Source: a virus. From it: a stretch of DNA of 41,069 nucleotides. Position 1 is the first letter of the stretch. Each line of letters starts with the position of its first letter. The DNA lies in IMG/VR virus record IMGVR_UViG_3300045988_157337, positions 1 through 41,069 of that record. One strand, 5' to 3'. The notes under the pieces are model-generated. The model worked only from the letters and a program-made list of their open reading frames with translations. It did no database searches and was not told the DNA's origin. A program made the translations under genes and the position numbers. This document shows, in pieces, positions 1-9,171 of this stretch.

Positions 1-55
1 CGTAGGCCCAGCGGCGCACCTGGGGGGTGAGCCAGGGGATGGGCTGCGGCGTGGG
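1..55. repeat. Terminal overlap, identical to 41015..41069
   Basis: Direct comparison shows cgtaggcccagcggcgcacctggggggtgagccaggggatgggctgcggcgtggg at both ends. A 55-nt exact overlap is typical of circular-contig closure. Confidence 0.95.
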
Positions 56-88
56 GTCCTCGGGAGTCTGGGACGTGATGGCGTTCAC
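1..88 (-). CDS. Holin-like membrane protein, 5' part; the gene wraps the junction and continues 41014 down to 40848, about 84 aa in total
   Basis: GTG at 88..86 overlaps the endolysin stop as GTGA. The frame stays open across the junction (88 nt + 167 nt = 85 codons). Two hydrophobic helices are visible (YGVILAAIALLGAYGVI, LWAALAASVLSTTTALA). Confidence 0.6.
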   Translation of the reverse strand, partial: MNAITSQTPEDPTPQPIPWLTPQVRRWAY

Positions 89-969
89 TTGGCAGCTCCT
101 TCCTTGACGGCGGCGAGGACGCGGGCGGTGGCCTCGTCAATGTCCACGCGGACGCCGGAGGCAACGCCGGAGGCGACCATGTTGAAGCGCTCCCACGACT
201 CGCGGATGAGCAGGTTCGCGTGGTGCTCCGGGACCTCGACGAATCCCTGCGGGAGGATCTGGTTGTACACCTGGGCCTGCACGCGGTCGAGAGCGTAGGC
301 CCCGGCGGACTCGGTGAGGAGGACGTAGGCGGTGACGCCTCCGTATTCGTTGGCTGTGTAGGTGATTCCGAGCATTTGGGTTCCTTTCGGTGTGGGGGTG
401 TCAGCGGCCGCAGGTGCGGCGCCGGAGTCTGCGGATGTGTCCGAAGTGGTGGCGGGGGGGCGCAGGACGTGCGTCCACAGTCCCCGCGCGGTGTAGGGGT
501 GGGCGTAGAAGCCGATGACGCGGGTCTCGCCGCCGGTGTCGTCGCCGGGGCCATCCCCCCATGCGGACCCACCGATATCTCCTTGCCCGTCGATCCATGC
601 CTCGGCGATTCGGGCGTCGCCGACGCAGACGCCGGTGTGGCCGACGCCGCCGGACGCCGCCTCGGACAGGAGAACGTCTCCCGTGTAGAGGTTGTCAGCG
701 TTCCCTCCGGTGGCGGCGTAGGGGATGACGGACCAGCCCACGGCCTCCAGGGCCTCGCGCATGTCACCCGTGTAAGTGGCGGCCCCGATGGGTAGGCCCG
801 CCTGGTAGGCGGCCTCCAAGACGAGGCTGGAGCAGTCCCCCTCGAACGTGAAGCCGGGGGTCCATACGCCGCGTGTGCGCCGCACGTCAAGACGGTTCGG
901 CTGGGAATAGCCGCCGTCCGCTGTTGCGGCCATCCAGTACGCTCTGGCCGCTAGATCCTGGACGCCCAA
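85..969 (-). CDS. Endolysin: papain-like Cys/His peptidoglycan hydrolase domain (NlpC/P60 or CHAP type) plus a C-terminal putative wall-binding domain
   Basis: 294 aa. GDCSSLV (Cys) and GHTGV (His) motifs, a Thr/Ala/Pro-rich linker, and a TTG start just downstream of AAAGGAGG. Followed directly by the holin. Confidence 0.8.
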   Translation of the reverse strand: MGVQDLAARAYWMAATADGGYSQPNRLDVRRTRGVWTPGFTFEGDCSSLVLEAAYQAGLPIGAATYTGDMREALEAVGWSVIPYAATGGNADNLYTGDVLLSEAASGGVGHTGVCVGDARIAEAWIDGQGDIGGSAWGDGPGDDTGGETRVIGFYAHPYTARGLWTHVLRPPATTSDTSADSGAAPAAADTPTPKGTQMLGITYTANEYGGVTAYVLLTESAGAYALDRVQAQVYNQILPQGFVEVPEHHANLLIRESWERFNMVASGVASGVRVDIDEATARVLAAVKEGAAK

Positions 970-1005
970 GGCGTCCTCCTTTCACTCGATGGTCGCAGCC
1001 CCGGG

Positions 1006-1032
1006 CAACTATCCGGGAATCCCGGATAGTTG
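1006..1032. other. 27-nt near-perfect palindrome / stem-loop between the tail-fibre genes and the lysis cassette
   Basis: caactatccggga a tcccggatagttg, with 13-nt arms that are exact reverse complements. There is no U-tract. Confidence 0.6.
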
Positions 1033-1052
1033 AGGCTGCGTGAAACTCTGAG

Positions 1053-1667
1053 TCAGTAACCGTGTGCCGCGTAGCCGAAGCTGATGATCCGCGGCGTCGT
1101 GTAGTCGGGGATCATCAACCTGAACCCCTCCCGTTTCAAGTGGTCGATCTGCCACTTGTCCGGGGTCCAGGTGTTCGCGTCCGCGTTGCCAGTCCCGTAG
1201 AAGAAAGACACGGAGACGGTGATGCAGTCCGTGGGGAACGCCTGGGGGAACGCGATCACCGGCGTGTAGGAGTGACTGCCGTCCGCGGCGATGAACCCGG
1301 TCCAGCGTCCGATCACCTCGGAGGGCGTGAAGGACACGGGGACGGAGCCCTGAGAGCCCACCACCCAGTTCCCAGCGACCGCGCCCACGACGCGCGGCTG
1401 GTTCACCATCTGGAAAACCGGGCGCCCGGTCTTCTGGTCGACGGGCCCGTACATTCGGTACAGGACGCCGTTGGCGTCGATGTACACGGGGCGCGCCTGC
1501 GTGGGCGCGGCACCCGCGTCCACTGCCGCCTTGTACAGGACCGCAGCCTCGTTGAGGTCCGAGACTGCGAGGATCCCCGGGATGCTCGACGCCGTGGTCT
1601 TCCACGTCGCCAGCAGATCCTCGCTCGCCGTCGGCAGCTGAATACGGTTCCAGTGCGCTGTTGTCAT
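1053..1667 (-). CDS. Hypothetical tail-associated protein downstream of the fibre gene
   Basis: 204 aa with sensible composition. GGAGGAGG lies upstream of the ATG at 1667. The call rests on position in the tail-tip module. Confidence 0.6.
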   Translation of the reverse strand: MTTAHWNRIQLPTASEDLLATWKTTASSIPGILAVSDLNEAAVLYKAAVDAGAAPTQARPVYIDANGVLYRMYGPVDQKTGRPVFQMVNQPRVVGAVAGNWVVGSQGSVPVSFTPSEVIGRWTGFIAADGSHSYTPVIAFPQAFPTDCITVSVSFFYGTGNADANTWTPDKWQIDHLKREGFRLMIPDYTTPRIISFGYAAHGY

Positions 1668-1679
1668 GCGCGCCTCCTC

Positions 1680-3581
1680 CTATAGGGGCCTGATGAAGTC
1701 CAGAGAGAGCTTGTAGTCGTACACGGCCGTCGGCGTGGCCTGGCCGTTGTAGACGACGACCCCGATCTGGTCGCCGGCCGACAGGAGCACCTTGTCGGTG
1801 CGCTCGCCCGTCGTGTAATCGTCGGGCGCGCCGGAGAAGTACGTGTACGTGCCCCCCCAATCCGTCTTCGTGGGGAACGCCTGGCCGCCACCTGCTTCGA
1901 CGGTCCCGACGGCGAACGCGCCGTCCCACGACTTCGACCACACGCACACCCAGACGTTCACCCGGTAGATCCCGGGGCGCGCCACGGTGACACGGTCGTC
2001 GGCGATCGTGATCCCGCTGCCGGTCACCTTCTTCGGGATCCGCAGTGGCAGCCTGGTCCACGTCTTCGACGGCAGGCTCACCTGCGTCTTCCCCGACCAC
2101 GCCAGCAGGTCCGGCGGGTTCACGAGGTCGACCCAAGACGTGTCGACCCGGCCCTGGCCAGTGGCCCCCGGCGACGTGTGGTAAAGGCCCTCAGCCGTTA
2201 AGACAGTCTTCCCGTGCTGCGTGTCGTTGAACAGGATGTGGGCGGCGCCGGCGTCGTTCCTAGCGATCGTCAGCTCCGACGAAAAAGCCTGCTCCCAGGT
2301 GTCCTCGATGTCGAAGACGACGCGGTTCGCCCGGTTCGTCGGGGGAAACGTCATGTAGATGACGACGAGAAGATCCCCGTGGATCTGGACACGCTCCAGG
2401 CGAGGGGCTGTGCTCCCCTCCCAGTACGTCCACGACCCGAACTTCGGATAAATGCCCTCCGGAAGGCTGTTCCTCGGGTAGGTGACGACATGGGCCTCCA
2501 TGAGCGGGTACTCGGCGGAGACGCGGGCCCGCACACGCCGGTTCACCAGCGTGCTCACCGTGGCGTCCTCCGTGGCGGGCAGCCGCAGGCTGAGAGTGAC
2601 GAGCTGCTTCTTGTCGTGCGCGGGGAGGGTGATGGCGAAGCGCCCGTCGTCCGTCGCCGTGACCGGGCCCAGCTGGGCCTCCCACGCCGCGTCCGACCCA
2701 CCCCCCGGCTTCCAGTACTCGGGCTTCACCACGGTCCCGTAGGCGTTCGCCCCGGTCGTCCGCTCAGCGCGGGACAGGTGGAAGCGTCCGCCGTTGATGA
2801 CCAGGCCGTCCACCTGGCCACCCACGATCGTCGGCGACACGATGGTCTTCCCGGTGATCGTCCCGGCGATCAGCTCCCCGGGGATCACCGCGTTCTCCGC
2901 CGTGAGCCGGCCGACGACCGTGGCGTCGTCGAAGACGGCGAGGCGCGCCCACAGGTCCCGGGACGCGACAATGGTGTCCGCCGTGACTGTCCCTTGGGCG
3001 AGCTGACCGGGGCCGATCTGCACCGGCTCCCAGCCGCCGTTTTCCGCGAGCGCCCACCGCCCGACGGTCTTCCCCTCCACTACTTGCTCCCAGATTGTCC
3101 CTACCGGGTGTCCCTTTGCGTCGTCCCCCGTGGGTGCGCGGTCGGACACGCGGGCGCCGCCTCCTGCGGCCTTGATCTTCTCCTCCAGCTGCGCGCGGGC
3201 CTGGCCTATGTCGGCGCGGGCCTGCGTGAGGGCCTGGTCGGCGGCGCGGGTGGCGTCGAGGATACGGCGCCCGGTCTCCCCCACGGGGATCGGCGTGGCG
3301 CCGTCGGGTGCGGCGCGGGTGGGCGCGTGGATGGTGGTGGCGGCCCCGGTGGCGTCGCGGCTGATGCGGACGGGGGCCCCCATGTAGGTCACGCCGGCCT
3401 CGGTAGGGGCGACCACGGTGGCCGCGGTGTCGGGGGCGCCGTCCACACGGACCTCCACGATGCCGCGCGCCGCGTCGACGACGCCGACGACGGTGCCGGT
3501 CAGGGGCGCGGGCGCCGCCTGCGGGCCTAGTCGGCGCCCCTGGGGCGGCACATCGATCCACGGCGACAGGGCGTCAGGCAT
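1680..3581 (-). CDS. Minor tail / tail fibre (receptor-binding) protein
   Basis: 633 aa. Contains a coiled-coil segment (DQALTQARADIGQARAQLEEKIKAAGG) and a Gly/Thr/Val-rich beta-type C-terminus. Its start overlaps the upstream gene by 8 nt. Confidence 0.7.
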   Translation of the reverse strand: MPDALSPWIDVPPQGRRLGPQAAPAPLTGTVVGVVDAARGIVEVRVDGAPDTAATVVAPTEAGVTYMGAPVRISRDATGAATTIHAPTRAAPDGATPIPVGETGRRILDATRAADQALTQARADIGQARAQLEEKIKAAGGGARVSDRAPTGDDAKGHPVGTIWEQVVEGKTVGRWALAENGGWEPVQIGPGQLAQGTVTADTIVASRDLWARLAVFDDATVVGRLTAENAVIPGELIAGTITGKTIVSPTIVGGQVDGLVINGGRFHLSRAERTTGANAYGTVVKPEYWKPGGGSDAAWEAQLGPVTATDDGRFAITLPAHDKKQLVTLSLRLPATEDATVSTLVNRRVRARVSAEYPLMEAHVVTYPRNSLPEGIYPKFGSWTYWEGSTAPRLERVQIHGDLLVVIYMTFPPTNRANRVVFDIEDTWEQAFSSELTIARNDAGAAHILFNDTQHGKTVLTAEGLYHTSPGATGQGRVDTSWVDLVNPPDLLAWSGKTQVSLPSKTWTRLPLRIPKKVTGSGITIADDRVTVARPGIYRVNVWVCVWSKSWDGAFAVGTVEAGGGQAFPTKTDWGGTYTYFSGAPDDYTTGERTDKVLLSAGDQIGVVVYNGQATPTAVYDYKLSLDFIRPL

Positions 3582-4644
3582 GGGATAGGACCTCCAGGTC
3601 GACGCGCATCGTCGCGTCCGGCTTGTCGATGGTGAGTGACGTCGCGGTAACGCGACCCGTCAGGGTCTCGGGCCCCGCCTCGTGGGGCACGGTCACAGTG
3701 ATGGTGTCCCACAGCTCCAGGCGCGGGTCCGGGACGATGCTCAGGGACCGTGTCCCGTGGGCCGCCTGGGCGTTGCGCCTGTACGTGTCGGCCGCCTTGT
3801 ACAGCGCCGACACGCCGTCGGCGATCTGCATCTCGTTGCGGTCCGTGACCACCCCGTACCCGGCCGGGTCGTACGGGTACTCGTAGCCGGTGGTCTCCGC
3901 CGTGTACCGGGACTCCCGGTCCTCGCCCTCACCGGTGGCGCCCACGACCCACCGGTTCGCCCGCCGCGCCCCGGACGCCCGCGAGGACTCGATGAGGAGG
4001 TCCCGGCCCGTGTACTCCGCCGCGGAGACGGGCGCGCCCGGAGCCCAGGCGTGCAGGCGCCCATCCGACCGCACCGCCCACAGGAGGCCGTGCGCCTCGC
4101 ACAGCTTCCCCACCGCCTCCACGCGGCTCGTCCCCCACTCGTGCTCGCGGGACACGGTCGCGTCCGGGGCGTCCAGCACCACGGGCACGCCCCCCTCCTC
4201 GGGGGACGCGGCGAGGCGCTGCAGCTCGGACTGGACGGTCGCCCCGTATGGCGGGGAGGATGGCCACGCCATCGGGTTCTTCTCGAGCCGCTGGAGCAGG
4301 TCGTAGGACTCCACCTTGAGGGTCCCGTCGGACTGCTCCTCCCACGTCTCCACCTGGTACCAACCGATGGGCACCAGGATCTCGACGCCCCCGATCGTGA
4401 GGGTCTGGGAGACGTGGAGGCGCTGCCCGTAGTGGGCTAGCGGATCCCCGGGGCCGGTGGGGACAAGGCTGGGCGCCGCGGTGAGGGTGAGGCGCTCGCG
4501 GGGCGCCCGGTCGGCGGTGGCCTCGATCTGCACGTCCCACACGTCGAGGCAGTCGGCGATCATGCGGCCCGCTCGGTGCGAGGAGACGCGGGCGCCGACG
4601 CCGACGGGCCCGGTGAGGGCGTGGACTGTGGGGCCGGCCCTCAT
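3574..4644 (-). CDS. Minor tail protein (tail tip/baseplate hub candidate)
   Basis: I place the start at the ATG at 4644, which forms an ATGA overlap with the upstream stop at 4641. The ORF-track start at 4701 adds an Arg/Pro-rich extension. The gene follows the Dit-position gene. Confidence 0.65.
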   Translation of the reverse strand: MRAGPTVHALTGPVGVGARVSSHRAGRMIADCLDVWDVQIEATADRAPRERLTLTAAPSLVPTGPGDPLAHYGQRLHVSQTLTIGGVEILVPIGWYQVETWEEQSDGTLKVESYDLLQRLEKNPMAWPSSPPYGATVQSELQRLAASPEEGGVPVVLDAPDATVSREHEWGTSRVEAVGKLCEAHGLLWAVRSDGRLHAWAPGAPVSAAEYTGRDLLIESSRASGARRANRWVVGATGEGEDRESRYTAETTGYEYPYDPAGYGVVTDRNEMQIADGVSALYKAADTYRRNAQAAHGTRSLSIVPDPRLELWDTITVTVPHEAGPETLTGRVTATSLTIDKPDATMRVDLEVLSHA

Positions 4645-5363
4645 TGGGGCATCCCCGTGATGTCCCGGGCGCACTTGAGGTAGGAGCCGACGGACCCCCA
4701 CGTGCGGTAGCGTGCCTGGGCCTCACCCCAGGTGACCGCTGGGGTGGTGAGGTCGGGTGCGGGCTGCTCGTCGACCGGGATCTCCCGGTAGTCGATGGAC
4801 CAGTCGCGGCGGACGCGGTCGCGTCTGCCGGTTCGTTTGCTCGTCGCTTTGGTGACGGCGAGCAGTCTGATGGCTGGTACGTCGCAGCCTGGGATCTGGC
4901 AGCGGCCGTGGCCGTGAAGGGCGATGAGGGGGTGTCGGTCGTTGAGGATCTGCTCGATCTTCTCGCTCTCTTCCTTGTAACTCAGCATCTCCAGCGTTCC
5001 CTCCACGCTCGCTGGTGCGGTGGCGTAGCGGGTGGCGGGGCCGCGGCGTGCGGGGGTGTCGAGGACGCCTGCTCGCGGGTCGTAAGTGCGGGGGTCGTCG
5101 CCTATCCACGTGACGGCGGCCTGGGTGCGTCCGTCGATGGTGGTGAGGCCGTGCTCCACGCCGACCCGGGTGAGGGTGACGGTGGTGGCGCCCACCTGGT
5201 AGGTGGTGGGTGTGGAGGGCGGCGCGAGGGGGTCGGAGAAGATGGGGGTGGTGTGGGTGAGGACTCGGCCCCCGGGCGCGGTCACCGTGTCGGCGGCGTT
5301 GGCGCCATCGAGGTGGAATGTGGGGAGGCCGGTGGCGCGGCTCACCCATGCTCGGACGCTCAT
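4641..5363 (-). CDS. Distal tail protein (Dit) candidate
   Basis: The ATG at 5363 forms an ATGA overlap with the tape-measure stop at 5360. About 240 aa, lying immediately after the tape measure gene. Confidence 0.6.
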   Translation of the reverse strand: MSVRAWVSRATGLPTFHLDGANAADTVTAPGGRVLTHTTPIFSDPLAPPSTPTTYQVGATTVTLTRVGVEHGLTTIDGRTQAAVTWIGDDPRTYDPRAGVLDTPARRGPATRYATAPASVEGTLEMLSYKEESEKIEQILNDRHPLIALHGHGRCQIPGCDVPAIRLLAVTKATSKRTGRRDRVRRDWSIDYREIPVDEQPAPDLTTPAVTWGEAQARYRTWGSVGSYLKCARDITGMPQ

Positions 5364-8300
5364 ATCGCCTCTCTCACTACTCTCACGGCCTCGGTCCGGG
5401 CGGCGGCCCGCACCTGTTCTCCTGTCCACGGGTTCTCCACGATGGCCGTCACGTGGATCGTGGGGGCCCCTGGAGTGGACGTTGAGGCGTTCGCGCCGCC
5501 CGATGCGTACGCCACGGCGCCTGGCGGGATGTAGGCGCCGCCGAAGATGTCAGCGATGCGCGATAGGATCTGCTCGCTCCTCCGCCTCTTCCCGCGCGCT
5601 AGGGGGATGTACCCCTCGCCTCCGGTTTCGGGCTCGGCCCATACGCGGAATGCTCCGGCGGGGGCGATCTGCGCGACGTGGTCCTCCGTCTTCCGAGCAT
5701 TGAGCCCACCGGAGCTGTAGAAGGCGAGCACGGACCCGTCCTTCTGCGCCGACCCGGAGGGGCCCCCGCTCTGCGTGTAATTCCCACGGATGTTCACGTT
5801 GAACGTGATGCCGTCCCACTGCGCGCGCAGGTTGTTCATGATGCCGCTCACGTAGTCGTTGGCGCGGATGTTCACGTACGGGTGGTAGTCGCCGATAGCG
5901 GCCTTGATGTCCGCCAGCTTCGCGTTCGCCGCCTCGTTGTTCCCGTCGATCGTGATAGTCCCGGTTGACTGGTCGATCTCCCCCAGGGCCGCGACCATCT
6001 GCGCGACCGCTGGGTCCTTGTTAGCGTCGATCGTGATAGTCCCGTCCTGGTTCTGCACGTACCCGAGCGTTTCGAGGACGGTGCTTATCGCGCTGTCGTT
6101 CGTGGCGTTCACGGTGATCGTCCCGCCGGTCTGGGACTGGATGTAGGAGATGAAGGCGTCGACGTCGGCCTGCGCCGGCAGGGTGTTCGCCACCACCTGC
6201 GTGTCCACGTTCGCCGGTATCAGGTGCAGCTTGTCCGCGAGCGCGTTCGCCTCGTCAGATGACAGGCCCATGGCCTGTGCAACGGCGACGAAGTTGTCTC
6301 GGGTGGTTTGCAGGGCGCCCTGCATCTCCGCGATTGTCGCCCCGTTCTTCTGCATCGACTCCACGAGCTTCCATCCGGATCTCGCGAGGTCGTCGAGGGC
6401 CGCTTGGTTGTTCCGCCCGGCCTCGGTGGTGATGTCGAGCGTTTGTCCATTCTTCAGCACTGCGGCGTTCGCGTCGTCGATGGCGTCGTAGAGGTCGCGC
6501 CAGGATCCGCGTTCTCCGAGGACGATGTTCTGCAGGTCCTCCTGTGCCTTGATGAGCTTCTCCACTGCGTTGACCTGCTCGTCGACGGCGTTGGTGGCCT
6601 CCTGGGCTGCTCCTGCGAGCTTCCCCTGTGCGTCCGCGTTCTTGAGGCCGGCCTCGGCTGCAAGGTCGTTCTTCTGCTTCGCCTGGTCGAGGGCGCCGAT
6701 CTGCTCCTCTAGACCCTTCTTCGCATCCCCGTACGCTACGGCCAGATTGGTTTTCTCCACGCTCCTCGGCATGTCCTCGTAGGCCTTGAAGACCGCCTGG
6801 ACGCGGTCGAGGGCCTCTGACGATCCAGCGGCGGCGTCGACGAAGTCCTTGACGGAGCCTCCGAGTTCCTTGAAGCCTTTGATCGCGTTGCGGCCGGTTC
6901 CGTTGGAGGCGAATCCCATATCCATGTTCTGGGACAGCTTCTCGAAGACCTTGGTGCGGGTGGCCTCTGTAGCCGCTCCGGTTACGGTGTCGAGCGTGCC
7001 CCGGTACTCCTCCGCCAACTGTGTAGCCCTCTTCTGCGCAGCGGAATACGCTCCCAGGGCGGCGGTTAGGGCGGCGATTCCAGCGGTGGCGGCAAGCCCC
7101 CAGGGGCCGCCGAAGGCGCCGAGGAGCGCGGTCCCCACGCCGCGGGCCGCGCCTCCGATGCCTGTGAGGACTGGGGTGACGGCCTGGCCGAGAGCGCTGA
7201 TGCTCGACGAGCCAACGGTTCGGGCGGAGACGAAGGTGAGCCCGAAGTCGCGGATGCCCGCGCCGGTGGTCTTCAGGCCGGAGAGGATGTCGGAGAAACC
7301 GGTGGAGATGCGGGTGATGAAGGGGATGCTGCCGTTCAGGGAGGAGAGGGCCTGCCTCACCTCGACGATGGAGGAGAAGATCTTCATGCCCGCGCCTGCG
7401 GCGAGGGTGGCGGCGGAACCGAAGGCGAGGATGCCTAGTGCTCCTTGCTGCACGGGTCCGGGGAGGGCCGAGAATGCGTTGACGGCCTTCTCGGCGAATT
7501 GCACGATGGTGCGGAGAAAGTCGTTGCCGCCCGAACCGGATTTGATGAAGAGGGTCTCAAAGGATCCTCCGAGGCGCTCCACGTCCCCCGCGAGATTGTC
7601 CATCCTGGTCTGCGCTGTCTCCGACGCGTATCCCGCGTCGTTGACATTGTCGATCCAGCGCTGTATGCCCTCGGCGCCCTCCTTGTAGAGGACGTTCGCC
7701 GCGCGGATCGCGTCCTGGCCGAACATCTTCTTCATCTTCGCTTGACGGTCCTCGTCCGTCAGCTTCGACAGCTTGCTGTGCAGGAGGCCGGCGTACTGGG
7801 CTAGGCCGATGAACTTCCCTTGGGAGTCGTAGGCCTTGATCCCCAGCTCGTCCATGACGTTCGCAGCCGCCTTGGACTGCGGTGTCAGGTTAAGGAGCAT
7901 GGTCTTGAAGCTGGTGCCGGCGTCGGAGCCGAGGAGGCCGGCGGAGGCGAAGGCGGCGAGGGCGCCGGTCGTCTCCTCGATCGACAGTCCGGTCTGGGAG
8001 GCGACGAGGCCCGACTGCTTGAGCGCCATCCCGAGGTCCTGCACGTCCCCCATCGCCTTCCCCGCGCCAGCGGCGAGGAGGTCGGCGACGTGGGCCATGT
8101 CCGAGCCTTTGAGGCCGAACTGGACGAGGGCGACGGAGGCTATGCCCGCTGCCTCAGCGACACCCAGGCCTCCTGCGGCTGCCAGGTCGAGGGCGCCGGT
8201 GAGGCCTCCGTCGAGGATGTCGGCCGTCGACACGCCCGCCTTCGCGAGCTCCTCGATGGCCCCGGCGGCCTCGGACGCGCTGTACGCGGTGTCGGCGCCC

Positions 8301-8647
8301 GCCTGGATGGCTGCGTTGCGCAGCCTGTCCATGTTCTCCGCCGACTCGTGCGTCGCGGCCTGGACAGCACTCATGGCGGAGTCGAAGTTGCTGAACTGCT
8401 TGATCGCGATCCCCGCGGCGGCCCCGGCGGCCGCGCCGTATCCGAGGAGTGCTGTTGACGCAGTCGACCAGGCCTGCTGCTGGAGCTGGGCGGACTGGGC
8501 GAGGCGCCCGAAGGTGGTCTCGGCCGCACGGCCGGTCGGATCGCCGGATTTAGCGAGCTGTTCCAGGTTCTTCGACGCGGACGTGATCTGCCGGTTGAAG
8601 TCGGCGACGTTCGCCCGCAGGGTGACCTTGATGCTGCGTTCTGCCAC
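5360..8647 (-). CDS. Tape measure protein
   Basis: About 1095 aa, Ala/Gly-rich and alpha-helical. GTG at 8647 is preceded by AAAGGAG. The longer track ORF (to 8851) adds an Arg/Pro-rich stretch that I judge non-coding. Canonical position after the chaperones. Confidence 0.9.
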   Translation of the reverse strand: MAERSIKVTLRANVADFNRQITSASKNLEQLAKSGDPTGRAAETTFGRLAQSAQLQQQAWSTASTALLGYGAAAGAAAGIAIKQFSNFDSAMSAVQAATHESAENMDRLRNAAIQAGADTAYSASEAAGAIEELAKAGVSTADILDGGLTGALDLAAAGGLGVAEAAGIASVALVQFGLKGSDMAHVADLLAAGAGKAMGDVQDLGMALKQSGLVASQTGLSIEETTGALAAFASAGLLGSDAGTSFKTMLLNLTPQSKAAANVMDELGIKAYDSQGKFIGLAQYAGLLHSKLSKLTDEDRQAKMKKMFGQDAIRAANVLYKEGAEGIQRWIDNVNDAGYASETAQTRMDNLAGDVERLGGSFETLFIKSGSGGNDFLRTIVQFAEKAVNAFSALPGPVQQGALGILAFGSAATLAAGAGMKIFSSIVEVRQALSSLNGSIPFITRISTGFSDILSGLKTTGAGIRDFGLTFVSARTVGSSSISALGQAVTPVLTGIGGAARGVGTALLGAFGGPWGLAATAGIAALTAALGAYSAAQKRATQLAEEYRGTLDTVTGAATEATRTKVFEKLSQNMDMGFASNGTGRNAIKGFKELGGSVKDFVDAAAGSSEALDRVQAVFKAYEDMPRSVEKTNLAVAYGDAKKGLEEQIGALDQAKQKNDLAAEAGLKNADAQGKLAGAAQEATNAVDEQVNAVEKLIKAQEDLQNIVLGERGSWRDLYDAIDDANAAVLKNGQTLDITTEAGRNNQAALDDLARSGWKLVESMQKNGATIAEMQGALQTTRDNFVAVAQAMGLSSDEANALADKLHLIPANVDTQVVANTLPAQADVDAFISYIQSQTGGTITVNATNDSAISTVLETLGYVQNQDGTITIDANKDPAVAQMVAALGEIDQSTGTITIDGNNEAANAKLADIKAAIGDYHPYVNIRANDYVSGIMNNLRAQWDGITFNVNIRGNYTQSGGPSGSAQKDGSVLAFYSSGGLNARKTEDHVAQIAPAGAFRVWAEPETGGEGYIPLARGKRRRSEQILSRIADIFGGAYIPPGAVAYASGGANASTSTPGAPTIHVTAIVENPWTGEQVRAAARTEAVRVVREAI

Positions 8648-8715
8648 CTGCTGCTCCTTTCCCAGCGCGTGTAGGTGTACGATCAGTGGGACATTGGCGT
8701 TGACCACAGGGGGGG

Positions 8716-9171
8716 GTGCCGCAATTGAGTGAGAACGTTCCGCAGGGCGGTGGCAGGGTCGGGGTGGGTACGGTCCTGTGGCTCTTTTTCGGTATCCCCC
8801 TGACTGGTCTTGTTGCCCTTTTCTTCCTTCTCGGCGGCTCATGCTCGCCACGCCACGCCACGGTGCCTGCGGCGTCCCCCACTGCGCGCGTGACGGCTGC
8901 GGCTGGTGCGGCTGATGAGCGGGACGCTCCCGCTAGCCGCGAGTGCGCGGAGGCAATCGCCGAGCGCATCGCCGATGACGGCGGCGAGTTCGCCTGGTGG
9001 CAGGACCCTGTCCGCACTGCGAGCGATGGTGGAGGGTGGAACGACCAGGGGAGCGTGTACTACGGGGTTGGCGGGGAGTTGCGCGCCCGCGCGTACACGT
9101 GCGACACCGACGCGGACGGGGCTCTCACCCGCGCCGCGTGGCTCGGCGAGGCGGCTACTCCTCCCCGGTGA
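8716..9171 (+). CDS. Reverse-oriented small secreted/membrane-anchored protein (possible lipoprotein) inserted in the tail operon
   Basis: 151 aa in the track (GTG start; the true start is uncertain). Hydrophobic segment LWLFFGIPLTGLVALFFLLGGSC ends in Cys, followed by a D/E/W/Y-rich soluble domain. More T-ending codons than the neighbouring genes. The opposite strand here has only an Arg/Ser-rich junk ORF. Confidence 0.55.
   Translation: MPQLSENVPQGGGRVGVGTVLWLFFGIPLTGLVALFFLLGGSCSPRHATVPAASPTARVTAAAGAADERDAPASRECAEAIAERIADDGGEFAWWQDPVRTASDGGGWNDQGSVYYGVGGELRARAYTCDTDADGALTRAAWLGEAATPPR

Noticed and set aside
1-55. The 55-bp identical ends read as a biological direct terminal repeat.
   Set aside because: The length is typical of assembler k-mer overlap, a gene reads straight through the junction, and the HNH/TerS/TerL organisation points to cos ends near 19.1 kb. 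I cannot fully exclude it without read data.
1680-3581. A diversity-generating retroelement or retron associated with the tail fibre gene.
   Set aside because: I found no reverse transcriptase-like ORF and no template/variable repeat pair anywhere in the genome.
1009-4726. Many long ORFs overlapping the tail genes on either strand or in other frames (e.g. 1009..2136, 2214..3530, 2764..3561, 3682..4440, 3929..4726).
   Set aside because: They are extremely Arg/Pro/Gly/His-rich with low-complexity composition, and they overlap frames whose proteins look real. This is the expected artefact of stop-codon scarcity in high-GC DNA. The same reasoning applies to 16169..17821, 20649..22085, 34724..35914, 37105..38046, 37939..38868 and similar ORFs.
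8648-8851. The longer N-terminal extension of the tape measure ORF (track start 8851), and similar 5' extensions of ORFs 10143..11408, 12616..13671, 13559..14386, 26046..27917, 27218..28195, 28348..29826 and 34768..36858.
   Set aside because: The extensions are Arg/Pro-rich and lack ribosome-binding sites. Internal ATG/GTG starts with SD sequences or ATGA/GTGA coupling to the upstream stop give compact, sensible gene models.
8550-9017. A minus-strand 155-aa ORF that would fill the chaperone-to-tape-measure gap.
   Set aside because: Its Ser/Arg/Ala/Pro-rich composition does not look protein-like. The plus-strand frame over the same DNA encodes a far more plausible protein with a signal/anchor segment.
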